A DNA stretch of 64,000 bases from an uncultured virus (IMG/VR IMGVR_UViG_3300042884_001034) (lineage: Duplodnaviria; Heunggongvirae; Uroviricota; Caudoviricetes): positions 1-64,000 of the IMG/VR virus record IMGVR_UViG_3300042884_001034; one strand, 5' to 3'. The notes beneath the pieces were generated by a model. The model was not told the origin of the DNA. It did no database searches and saw nothing but the letters and a program-made list of their open reading frames with translations. Position numbers and translations under genes: made by a program. Shown here in pieces: positions 37,627 through 45,567 of this stretch. How positions within the stretch are numbered: position 1 is the first letter of the stretch; the number at the start of each line of letters is the position of its first letter.

Positions 37627-37977
37627 TTATTTAGCTTTGCGTTTTGCAGCAATTTTTTTAAAAGTTTTTGCAAGAGCTTTAGCTTTTCCTGTACATCCTG
37701 GTTTAGATATAGGAGTGCATTTTCCCTCTGTACCCCTACGTTTAATAGAAGCAGCTACATCACCTATCCAGTTTTTTTTTACTTTACCACCTTTTTTCAT
37801 TGTTGTAGCACCTAATTGTTTGTCCTTTGTAAGAGGCACTTTAGGAGCTTTTTTATCAGCTAATGTACGTTCTTGCACCTTTGTCCAAGCACCTTTAGGA
37901 TCTATAGGTCCTACACGTTTTGCTGGTTTTGCTACACCTCCAGCTTGGTATTTAACAATTTTTTTAACATTGGGCAT
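37627..37977 (-). CDS. Lys-rich protein
   Basis: MPNVKKIVKYQAGG, MKKGG then KNWI...ALAKTFKKI module. Confidence 0.75.
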   Translation of the reverse strand: MPNVKKIVKYQAGGVAKPAKRVGPIDPKGAWTKVQERTLADKKAPKVPLTKDKQLGATTMKKGGKVKKNWIGDVAASIKRRGTEGKCTPISKPGCTGKAKALAKTFKKIAAKRKAK

Positions 37978-37988
37978 TTTAATAAATT

Positions 37989-38264
37989 TTATAATTCTTT
38001 AGAAGATTCTGGAATCTCTACTACAATTCCTTCTTTCACTGAATTTGCTAATAAATTCTCAACAATATCAGCTGCTTTATTTGCTAAAAGAATTGTTTGA
38101 GCTTCTGGTGTAGAAATAATTGCTCTCAATGAATTTAATAAAAATCCAAATTCTCCTCCAGATAAAGAAAACTGTGTGTCCTGAGACCAAGTGTATTTCT
38201 TGTTAGGATTGAATGTTGGAGTTTCTTGATTAGGTTCCTGAGGAACAACTTTTAAATCTGACAT
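37989..38264 (-). CDS. Hypothetical protein
   Basis: 91 aa ORF downstream of a promoter box. Confidence 0.65.
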   Translation of the reverse strand: MSDLKVVPQEPNQETPTFNPNKKYTWSQDTQFSLSGGEFGFLLNSLRAIISTPEAQTILLANKAADIVENLLANSVKEGIVVEIPESSKEL

Positions 38265-38287
38265 ATATTTAATTTTTGGTTTATAAA

Positions 38288-38295
38288 CAAAGATA
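38288..38295 (-). promoter_or_regulatory. -7 promoter box TATCTTTG
   Basis: caaagata on the + strand; intergenic. Confidence 0.65.
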
Positions 38296-38297
38296 TA

Positions 38298-38582
38298 CTA
38301 ATTTAATGTAATTTCAAAAACTATTGTAGCACTAGATTTTATACTCTTGCTTATATTAAGTTTTATTTGAAATATATTATGTAGTTTTAGTATTTCCTCT
38401 AGAAGAAGTTCATTATATTTAGGAAGTGATGGGGCCAATCTAAAATGATATGAATATGGATTTTTTGTTATTTCTAATGTAGAAAGTTCATCCACAGAAT
38501 CTATCACTCCTATCAAATGCTGAAAATAAGCAAGCTCATTGTCTTGCATCACTTCAGGAAAAAACTTCTTATTTAATTGCAT
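38298..38582 (-). CDS. Hypothetical protein
   Basis: 94 aa ORF coupled to the ferritin-like gene. Confidence 0.65.
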   Translation of the reverse strand: MQLNKKFFPEVMQDNELAYFQHLIGVIDSVDELSTLEITKNPYSYHFRLAPSLPKYNELLLEEILKLHNIFQIKLNISKSIKSSATIVFEITLN

Positions 38583-39004
38583 TAACTAAGTGTTAATAAA
38601 TATTTAGTTTTTGCTGCTTCTCCGCTTAAAGATTGAGCAATATTTTCAATATCAGGCATGTTATTAGCTGATGCATAGTTTTCAAGTTGTTTAGCAAAAC
38701 TAATCAAATCACTAACCACTTGCTCTGAAACACCTACACCATAGTCTTTAAATGGAGCACATGTTCCTATCTTAGCTCTAGTGCCTGTATATCCCATAAT
38801 CTTTTCTACAATCTCATCTTTAAAATCAAACACTTTATCATAAAGACCGCCAAGAGCTTGATGTTCTGCATAACTTCTTGTGGCCCAATGTAAATTGTGT
38901 AATTGAAGCTCAAAATATGTAAGCTTTGTAGCTACAACATCTGGGGAAAGTTCTCCCCCAGTTGATTTTATCATGTCTTCAGGAAATAATGATTTTAATG
39001 CCAT
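38582..39004 (-). CDS. Ferritin/Dps-like four-helix-bundle protein
   Basis: LHNLHW....AEHQALGGLYD....DEIVE..MG...KYLLTL. Confidence 0.75.
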   Translation of the reverse strand: MALKSLFPEDMIKSTGGELSPDVVATKLTYFELQLHNLHWATRSYAEHQALGGLYDKVFDFKDEIVEKIMGYTGTRAKIGTCAPFKDYGVGVSEQVVSDLISFAKQLENYASANNMPDIENIAQSLSGEAAKTKYLLTLS

Positions 39005-39014
39005 TTATCTAATT

Positions 39015-39218
39015 TTATAAAGGTGCTGTAGTGGTGGTAGTTGTTGTTGGTGCAACTGTTGTAGTAGTGGTAGTTGTTGGATTGCAACATTCATACGCAG
39101 GAATTTCATGCCATTTACCCACTTTAGGAGCTTTTCTTCTTAAAATTAAGCTACCAGCAACGACTCTTCCGCTTCCATCAAAGCGAACAAAGGCTTTTAA
39201 GTCTTTCTTATTACTCAT
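39015..39218 (-). CDS. Small protein with two 7-Thr runs at the C-terminus
   Basis: ...ECCNP-T7-VAP-T7-APL; mixed ACA/ACT/ACC codons. Confidence 0.75.
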   Translation of the reverse strand: MSNKKDLKAFVRFDGSGRVVAGSLILRRKAPKVGKWHEIPAYECCNPTTTTTTTVAPTTTTTTTAPL

Positions 39219-39230
39219 AATAATCGTTTT

Positions 39231-40247
39231 TTAATAATTAATATTATATTTTTGTTTAATATCGAACAATTTTGTTAAATAATAATGAGTACAAAATTTC
39301 TTACTTTCTTCACTATTAAGTATTTCTTGTAAATAAGGATCTTTTAAAGGATCCGTTCCTGTATGATATTTTCCTTTATAAAAAGCAGGATAACCATTTC
39401 CTCTGTCACTCACTATTCCTGCATTATGAAGAATACCCACTCTATCTAATTTTTGAATTGGATCTGTAGCCCATGCAAAATCCATTTCTGCAATCACCTT
39501 GGTTTCTAATTTATTATACCAAAGATTATATAACACACTCCACATATCTGCACACCAGCTTTGAAATCCTTTAGATTCGCTCTCAAAAAACTGTTTGTTT
39601 ACATTTTGTAAATGAAGTCTTATTGATATACAATCTGACAAGACTTTTTCCCAGAATTTACCATCTATATTCTTTAGAAAATATTGAGCTCCTCCAGAAT
39701 GAGAATTATTTTCTTCTGCTATTTGTCTATTAATACCTGCTAAAACCGTAGTTTCTTGTAAAATGTCCTTCTTTTTATATTCTTCTAATTTATCTGGAAG
39801 AACATCTTTTGTCTTACTATCAAAATATGAAGCATTTATGTAGCTATTTGTATTAGATAGATAACAAATATCACCCTCTTTGTAAGCATCTATATTAAAA
39901 TTCTCTGTAAAAATAACATCACTATCACAATAAAATATTGCTTTTTCTTTTAACTCTGGATGTTCGTTAAAGTGTCTCATTAAGCAATAGGGCCTAATTA
40001 TAGGAATATAAATTCTAATAAGACTATTTATATTATGTAGATCGTCATAAAAAGCGAACTCAGATTCTGGGTAAAGATCAATCACCTTCTGCCAATTTGT
40101 ATTTTTAGATCTATTTTTAGGATTAAAAATAAGCACCGTGGCTTTATCTGAATGTCCTATATTTCTAAGACTTTCCAACCATAAATGTACTTGCCAAACA
40201 AAATAATTATCACTAGGTTGCACACAGATAAATCTGAGATCCTTCAT
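39231..40247 (-). CDS. GT-A fold glycosyltransferase resembling GT95/GT96 protein O-glycosyltransferases
   Basis: YFVWQ, YIPIIRPY, YCDSD (DxD), GGAQY, W.ADMW. Confidence 0.7.
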   Translation of the reverse strand: MKDLRFICVQPSDNYFVWQVHLWLESLRNIGHSDKATVLIFNPKNRSKNTNWQKVIDLYPESEFAFYDDLHNINSLIRIYIPIIRPYCLMRHFNEHPELKEKAIFYCDSDVIFTENFNIDAYKEGDICYLSNTNSYINASYFDSKTKDVLPDKLEEYKKKDILQETTVLAGINRQIAEENNSHSGGAQYFLKNIDGKFWEKVLSDCISIRLHLQNVNKQFFESESKGFQSWCADMWSVLYNLWYNKLETKVIAEMDFAWATDPIQKLDRVGILHNAGIVSDRGNGYPAFYKGKYHTGTDPLKDPYLQEILNSEESKKFCTHYYLTKLFDIKQKYNINY

Positions 40248-40270
40248 ATATGTAGTTATTGGTTTTTTTA

Positions 40271-40414
40271 TTAAGGAGCTAAAGTAGTGGTTGTAGTGGT
40301 TGTAGAGGGTAAGAGCTGTCCTATAGAATAATTCAATCTCTGCATTTGTTTTAAAATTTCATAGAGAAGATTATATTCTGCGCTCTGTCCTATTTGTTTA
40401 GAAATTATTGCCAT
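40271..40414 (-). CDS. 47 aa protein with QIG N-terminal motif and 7-Thr tail (not in ORF track)
   Basis: Hand translation MAIISKQIGQSAEYNLLYEILKQMQRLNYSIGQLLPSTTTTTTTLAP. Confidence 0.75.
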   Translation of the reverse strand: MAIISKQIGQSAEYNLLYEILKQMQRLNYSIGQLLPSTTTTTTTLAP

Positions 40415-40436
40415 TTTTATATTTTTTTTATTGTTA

Positions 40437-41777
40437 CTATCTACTAACTTCTTCCCAGTCTATAGAAGCAAATGCACCCTCACCACCAGAAACTGTGCTT
40501 ACAGCCATTTCTATTATAATTTCATAAGCTGTTCCTGTTAATCCATTTCGTTCTAGTTGGTTAGCAAATAAAGCTTCTTTTAATATATTTATTGATGGAG
40601 ATCCTTGATTTGAGGAATTAACAAACCCACTTGCTAAAATTCTTCCACCTGTTGCACTAGTGCCTGTTAGATTATATTGTACAGCAGAATTAGCACCAGC
40701 ATCTGTCCAAGATCCACCAGTAGTTGTTCCACTTGCAACAACTCTCCATTGATAACTTTTACCATTACCAATCCCTAAAAGGGAAATAGCTGTTACAATA
40801 ACAATAGCATCAAGTCTTGCAGTTTTAAGTTTAACAGATACAATTGGATAGTAAGTACCAGCAACAGCGAAAGTTCTAGCGGCTGTAATAGATGTGCCAG
40901 CAGATTGTTGTAATCCTGCAAGCTCATAACCACCTTCAGAAATAACCGTAGAACAAATCTGTTTTAATGTACTCACTCCTGAAGTTTCTGTATTATTTTT
41001 AATCTCATAACGTAATGGTAGTGAGGCAGTTGTAATATATGTACTAGCAATTAGGTTTGCGTGGTTAAATGTGTGACAAACAATAAATTGCCCATTTATT
41101 ACAAATCCCATACGTACAGATCCTACACCTAACCACTCAACGTCCATCCAAAGAATTTGAGCTTTAGTTAGATCTAGTGTTAATCCTGAAGGTCCTGAAC
41201 CGTTTAATTTATCTCCATTCCAATTAGTCTGTAAAATAGGGGTGTTAACTAAAGAACCAGTCACTATGCTTCTTTCTACAAAAGACACAGAACTATTATT
41301 TTGTTCTAAATAAAAACCATTATCATTTCCATAATAACCAATGCGTTGTCTTAATCCAGTTTTAGCTGGACTCATTACAAATGTGTTCAACACAAGAAGG
41401 GACTTACCTGGTTGATAAGAAAACACTTTTATAGTTTCTCTTACCACTTCAGAGTTTAATGCTGCTGTCACATTTAAATCAACTAATCCTTGATTTTGAT
41501 TAAATACTGCAGTTCCACCAACATTAGTTAGTGTAGACCATAAATTATTATCTGCATATCTATGACTAGAGTCAAAAAGCGTAAAAGGTTCAGACACTCT
41601 AAGTCTACCAAAAGAATCTGAAGCTACTGACGGTAGTACAACATTTGTAGGATTTGATGGGCTATTGTTATTAGTACAACAGTTTACAGCTTTGCTCACT
41701 TTATTCAAATCATTCCAAATTCCCCAAAGGAGATTGGATTCATTGCTCCAGCCTATCTGTTTACTTGGTATGCTCAC
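40437..41777 (-). CDS. Putative virion fibre/decoration protein (beta-rich)
   Basis: N-terminal SKQIGWS.E.NLLW motif; DSFGRLRVS.PFTLFD, YQPGKS, WLGVG.VR.GF; G/S/T-rich. Confidence 0.7.
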   Translation of the reverse strand: MSIPSKQIGWSNESNLLWGIWNDLNKVSKAVNCCTNNNSPSNPTNVVLPSVASDSFGRLRVSEPFTLFDSSHRYADNNLWSTLTNVGGTAVFNQNQGLVDLNVTAALNSEVVRETIKVFSYQPGKSLLVLNTFVMSPAKTGLRQRIGYYGNDNGFYLEQNNSSVSFVERSIVTGSLVNTPILQTNWNGDKLNGSGPSGLTLDLTKAQILWMDVEWLGVGSVRMGFVINGQFIVCHTFNHANLIASTYITTASLPLRYEIKNNTETSGVSTLKQICSTVISEGGYELAGLQQSAGTSITAARTFAVAGTYYPIVSVKLKTARLDAIVIVTAISLLGIGNGKSYQWRVVASGTTTGGSWTDAGANSAVQYNLTGTSATGGRILASGFVNSSNQGSPSINILKEALFANQLERNGLTGTAYEIIIEMAVSTVSGGEGAFASIDWEEVSR

Positions 41778-41796
41778 AATACAAAATTTTAATGTT

Positions 41797-41804
41797 CAAA
41801 GATA
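41797..41804 (-). promoter_or_regulatory. -7 promoter box TATCTTTG heading the poly-Thr/glycosyltransferase operon
   Basis: caaagata on the + strand, 19 nt upstream of the GTG start. Confidence 0.65.
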
Positions 41805-41881
41805 TATTGTTTTTTAATATAATCAATGAACTTGAAATAAATAGAATAATGATTTTAATTAAGAGAAAATAACTAATTTAA

Positions 41882-42004
41882 TTATCTCCCCTGTCCTTGA
41901 TATTTAGATACTTTTTTGTCTTTAGGACCAGAAGATTTCTTAGCTTTTCCAGACTTTCTTTTTCCAAAAGAAATCTTGTTTGCTTTAGTTATTGACTTTG
42001 CCAT
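41882..42004 (-). CDS. 40 aa basic protein ending KYQGQGR (not in ORF track)
   Basis: Hand translation MAKSITKANKISFGKRKSGKAKKSSGPKDKKVSKYQGQGR. Confidence 0.65.
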   Translation of the reverse strand: MAKSITKANKISFGKRKSGKAKKSSGPKDKKVSKYQGQGR

Positions 42005-42007
42005 TTT

Positions 42008-42607
42008 TTAGAATTTTATTTTCCAATAAGAATTTATACCATATTGTATATTTCCATTATATATAACAGAAACTCCAATTATTTTGTCTTTTTTGTCTTT
42101 AAACAATAAGCCTGTATTTATTCCAGATATAATAGAAGATGGGTTTCCCATAATTCCTCCTCCTACATATAATTGATTTTTAGCAGGAATAGGTTTTTCA
42201 ATTGTTATAGTTTTTTCTGGAATTAAAAGATCTGCAATAAGACTAGTACCTATTAATTTGTTATTAAATACAGTGTCTGTAACAATAGCAGAACCATAAT
42301 CTTTAATTTTAAACTCTGTTTGATATGTATTTTTTTCATAATACTTATCTCCCAAAGAATAATAATTTTCTAAAATAGTTTTATACGAAGCAGAGTCTGT
42401 AATTGTTCTAACACTATCTCTCCATAAAGTGTCTGCTTTTGATTTAATTAGCTTTGGTTTAGCCTGTACAGTGTCGTGCACAAGAATAGGAACTAACACT
42501 GTATCTATCTTAAGAGCTGGAATATCCTTTTCTCCTGTGTTACATCTTTGGAGAATAACCAGACCAAACAATACAATTATAATAATTGACAATAAATTTT
42601 TATTCAT
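42008..42607 (-). CDS. Membrane-anchored lysis-cassette protein (spanin-like)
   Basis: N-terminal TM ending in QRC, DTV repeats, C-terminal beta-strand-like region ending YWKIKF; downstream of the endolysin. Confidence 0.55.
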   Translation of the reverse strand: MNKNLLSIIIIVLFGLVILQRCNTGEKDIPALKIDTVLVPILVHDTVQAKPKLIKSKADTLWRDSVRTITDSASYKTILENYYSLGDKYYEKNTYQTEFKIKDYGSAIVTDTVFNNKLIGTSLIADLLIPEKTITIEKPIPAKNQLYVGGGIMGNPSSIISGINTGLLFKDKKDKIIGVSVIYNGNIQYGINSYWKIKF

Positions 42608-42612
42608 ACTTT

Positions 42613-43257
42613 CTATTTATAAAATTTCCAAATATACCCTCCTGCTGTTTTTTGGTTTCCTTTTATAGCTTCAGATATACAACTTTTATTTATACCTAAT
42701 TCTTTAGATGCATAAGAACCACACTCCCACTCTTTAATAAAATTATTACTTATATCAAATTGATAAACTTTTTTAGCTCTTCCATTATAATGACCCACAC
42801 TTTTTAACCAATGCCCAGTTTTTTTGTCTTTATGTGTTTTAGACATTTTAATTTTTGTTTCTGCAGAGGCTTTTCTTCCTTTAGCTTTTTTACGGATTTT
42901 ATCTTTAGTTTCCACAGATAGTTTATGTCCTTTAAGAGCTATACTTCTTAAAATATTAACATCTTTACCTAAAAAACCTCCATTTCCACCATCTGCTATA
43001 TTGCATAAAATACCTCCATTAGATTTTTTTCCGTAAATTTTAATAAATTCTATTTCTTTTTTAAATGCTTCTTCGTTAGTTAAATCTTCTAAAATAATTT
43101 CTACTTCATAATTAGTTTTATTAACAATATTTTTCCAATAATTATTTCTGTTTTTACTATTATAAGCTCTTCTATAAAGTGTATCATTAGACAGTCCAAC
43201 ACCAATATAAAAAGGTTGATCTAGGTCCAATCTAATATGACGGTATAAATAAGCCAT
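42613..43257 (-). mobile_element. GIY-YIG-like homing endonuclease with NUMOD3/NUMOD1-like domains
   Basis: YLYRHIRLD..PFYIGVG, LCNIADGG; LSVETKDKI and SAETKIKMS repeats; KKVYQFD...TAGGYIWK. Confidence 0.85.
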
Positions 43258-43736
43258 TAAATTAAATCTTTATCTGATTTATAAGGAATGTATACAGTTT
43301 TACCATTGATTTTTTGTGCTACTAGAATTTGATTTCTCTGATTCCCCGACGATGAAAAAGAAACGTGAACCCATTCTGGGTTATTTTTTCTAGGAAATTC
43401 TGCTATTAATTGGTCAAATTTTAAGTTGTCTTTAATATAATCAAATATTTGCTTATTAGTAATAGAAGTACCATCCATATCTATATCTATAGCCTCCCCT
43501 TTGCAGTGCTGAGAACTTACTGCTCCTCCTATTGCTCTATTTAGAGCAGCAGATCTATATCCAGATGATACATGAATAGCTACATTAAAATAAGTACGAA
43601 TAGGTTCAAAAATATTTAAAGCAAGCTTTTTAAAGTTTTCAATATGTTCTTCTGTAGGCATATTAGATATACCATGTCTTTTTGCAGACTCACTGCGCAT
43701 CACTTCTGCTAATGATAAATGTTCTGATAGTTGCAT
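43257..43736 (-). CDS. Endolysin, peptidase M15 family
   Basis: SSGYRS..LN.AIGG..SSQH.KGEAIDI ... WVHVS. Confidence 0.9.
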   Translation of the reverse strand: MQLSEHLSLAEVMRSESAKRHGISNMPTEEHIENFKKLALNIFEPIRTYFNVAIHVSSGYRSAALNRAIGGAVSSQHCKGEAIDIDMDGTSITNKQIFDYIKDNLKFDQLIAEFPRKNNPEWVHVSFSSSGNQRNQILVAQKINGKTVYIPYKSDKDLI

Positions 43737-43761
43737 ATATTATGATTTTTTTATAATTAAA

Positions 43762-44022
43762 TTATTTTTCTGAAGGGTTTTTTATTTTAGCCACTATATT
43801 ACCTATAGATTCTACACTAGTGAGGCCTAAAGCCACTGAAATAACAATTACATTAGCCCAGATAAAAGTATCTGAAGTGGTAAAATGTTCCTCTGTTTTT
43901 GAATTTACGTGAAAAGTGTAGAAAAAAGTGAATGCACCTACAATACCTACAAGTCTTTTACTAGAGTTCTCGCTGGAAGATGAAAAAAATCCTCCTATAA
44001 AATTAATAAACTTCTTTATCAT
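43762..44022 (-). CDS. Putative holin (2 TM)
   Basis: SSKRL followed by two hydrophobic segments; adjacent to the endolysin. Confidence 0.55.
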   Translation of the reverse strand: MIKKFINFIGGFFSSSSENSSKRLVGIVGAFTFFYTFHVNSKTEEHFTTSDTFIWANVIVISVALGLTSVESIGNIVAKIKNPSEK

Positions 44023-44023
44023 A

Positions 44024-44215
44024 CTATTTTCCTCCTGTTATTTTTTTAATTGATGCCACTGTTGCTCCAAATAATGAAGCCACGAAAGCTATTAATAATT
44101 CTCTGTTAGATGTAGGAATTTCTTTATCCATTAATGTATAAAAAATGCTTAAAGACATTATTATAACAATAAGACTCCCTGTAAAATTCATCCAGTTTAT
44201 ATTTTTGTTTTCCAT
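44024..44215 (-). CDS. Small 2-TM membrane protein (holin-like)
   Basis: Two hydrophobic helices flanking IPTSNRE. Confidence 0.55.
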   Translation of the reverse strand: MENKNINWMNFTGSLIVIIMSLSIFYTLMDKEIPTSNRELLIAFVASLFGATVASIKKITGGK

Positions 44216-44216
44216 A

Positions 44217-44528
44217 TTATTTTTTAAAATTTGAATATAAGTTTGTAATATATTGTAATATGGCCCCTATAGATACTAATATACCCACGGTCCACATAAT
44301 TTTATTTTTAAACTCTTTTGTTTTTTCCTGCTCTTTCTCTAAATGCTCTATTTTGGCTTTTAATAAATTTATATCATTTATAAACCCACCTTCCTTTGTT
44401 AAGGGGTTCCCTAATATTGCATCAACCACTTGATTCAATTTTTTATCAATTGAATCAATTTTTTCTTCCATTTCTGTTAATCTTTGGTCCATGTTTGTAA
44501 ATTCTAACTTAATTTGTTCAGAATCCAT
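44217..44528 (-). CDS. Coiled-coil protein with C-terminal TM (lysis-associated)
   Basis: Heptad repeats then IMWTVGILVSIGAIL. Confidence 0.6.
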   Translation of the reverse strand: MDSEQIKLEFTNMDQRLTEMEEKIDSIDKKLNQVVDAILGNPLTKEGGFINDINLLKAKIEHLEKEQEKTKEFKNKIMWTVGILVSIGAILQYITNLYSNFKK

Positions 44529-44587
44529 TAGAGTTTAAATTAATATAAGTTAATAAAAGTTCCTGGGGAAGGAACAAAGAGGGAGGC

Positions 44588-44595
44588 CAAAGATA
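44588..44595 (-). promoter_or_regulatory. -7 promoter box TATCTTTG upstream of the lysis cassette
   Basis: caaagata on the + strand; intergenic. Confidence 0.6.
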
Positions 44596-44636
44596 TGTAA
44601 TAAATATATAATAGCCAAATTTATTTTTGTACAAGC

Positions 44637-44679
44637 AAAAAATGGCCAGGAGCTCATTTATACAAGCTCCTAACCATTT
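44637..44679 (-). terminator. Intrinsic terminator after the tail-fibre block
   Basis: aaatgg..aggagct / agctcct..ccattt stem; A-run on + gives a U-tract on -. Confidence 0.6.
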
Positions 44680-44699
44680 ACGCTTAAAAAGCTATTTAA

Positions 44700-45113
44700 T
44701 TATTCTTGATCTACAAGCTTCATAAAAACAGGGTATATTTCCTCTGTTTCAATGGAACTAAGATCTTCTATAGTTAAATTAGAACTCCACAAAGTGGAAG
44801 GATTTATTTCTATCTCAGAAGCCAAAACCTCTTTATATTCTTTGTTAAATTCTTCTATCTTTTCTGTAGGAATTACAACTTCCCCATCTTTTTCCTCTCC
44901 AAAACTTTTAAATAGTTCCTTTTGAGCATCTTCAAAAATCTTCACTTCTCCTTGTACTAATTTATTTAGTCTTTGGAAGTAAAGCTTATTCTTCATCGAA
45001 GTTTTTTGCTTTAAAAGTCCTTTAGAAAGCTCTTCTTGTACACCATCTTTAGTTATGACCATACCATTCAACTCATAATTAAGTTGAAGTATCTCTTCCA
45101 TTTTTAATTTCAT
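44700..45113 (-). CDS. Helical hypothetical protein (tail-fibre-associated, chaperone-like)
   Basis: 137 aa, E/K-rich; own TATTTTTG box at 45138-45145. Confidence 0.65.
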   Translation of the reverse strand: MKLKMEEILQLNYELNGMVITKDGVQEELSKGLLKQKTSMKNKLYFQRLNKLVQGEVKIFEDAQKELFKSFGEEKDGEVVIPTEKIEEFNKEYKEVLASEIEINPSTLWSSNLTIEDLSSIETEEIYPVFMKLVDQE

Positions 45114-45160
45114 TGGTTTAAAATTTTAGTTATTTTACAAAAATAAGTATAATTTTCTAA

Positions 45161-45556
45161 TTATACAGGAATTTCTGTTGTTGTGGTGGTAGTAGTGGTG
45201 GGAGACTCTGTAGTAGTGGTAGTAGTTGTTTCCCAAGGCAACGGTAGCACTATTAATGGTGGATTAACTATAAGGTTTAATTGGTTATATAGAGGTGTAT
45301 CAATCATAGTCATATTCATAGACTCTTCTAACCAACCACATATTTGTTCATATGTTAATTCATCATACGGTATAAAGTTTTCAGGATCTGGCTGAGTAAA
45401 ATCTTGAATTCCAGGTATTGTTACGCTATATTCTATGCCATCTTTTGTAGCACTAGCCTTTCTTATCCAGTTTACTTTGATTACAACATCTGTTAACTCA
45501 CCCTCTTGTTGTTTACATTGCATCTGTTCTATGATCCATGTATAAGTTGTTTCCAT
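45161..45556 (-). CDS. Tail-fibre-associated small protein with poly-Thr tail
   Basis: YTWII...VV..V.W...FIPYDELT.EQ..GW core, then LPWE-T7-ESP-T8-EIPV. Confidence 0.75.
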   Translation of the reverse strand: METTYTWIIEQMQCKQQEGELTDVVIKVNWIRKASATKDGIEYSVTIPGIQDFTQPDPENFIPYDELTYEQICGWLEESMNMTMIDTPLYNQLNLIVNPPLIVLPLPWETTTTTTTESPTTTTTTTTEIPV

Positions 45557-45567
45557 ATTTTATTCTT

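Noticed and set aside
36199..38100. Hydrophobic Phe/Leu-rich + strand ORFs
   Set aside because: Reverse-complement shadows of Lys-rich genes (AAA gives TTT)
39031..39234. + strand poly-Val ORFs (also 45183..45395)
   Set aside because: Antisense shadows of the poly-Thr codons on the coding - strand
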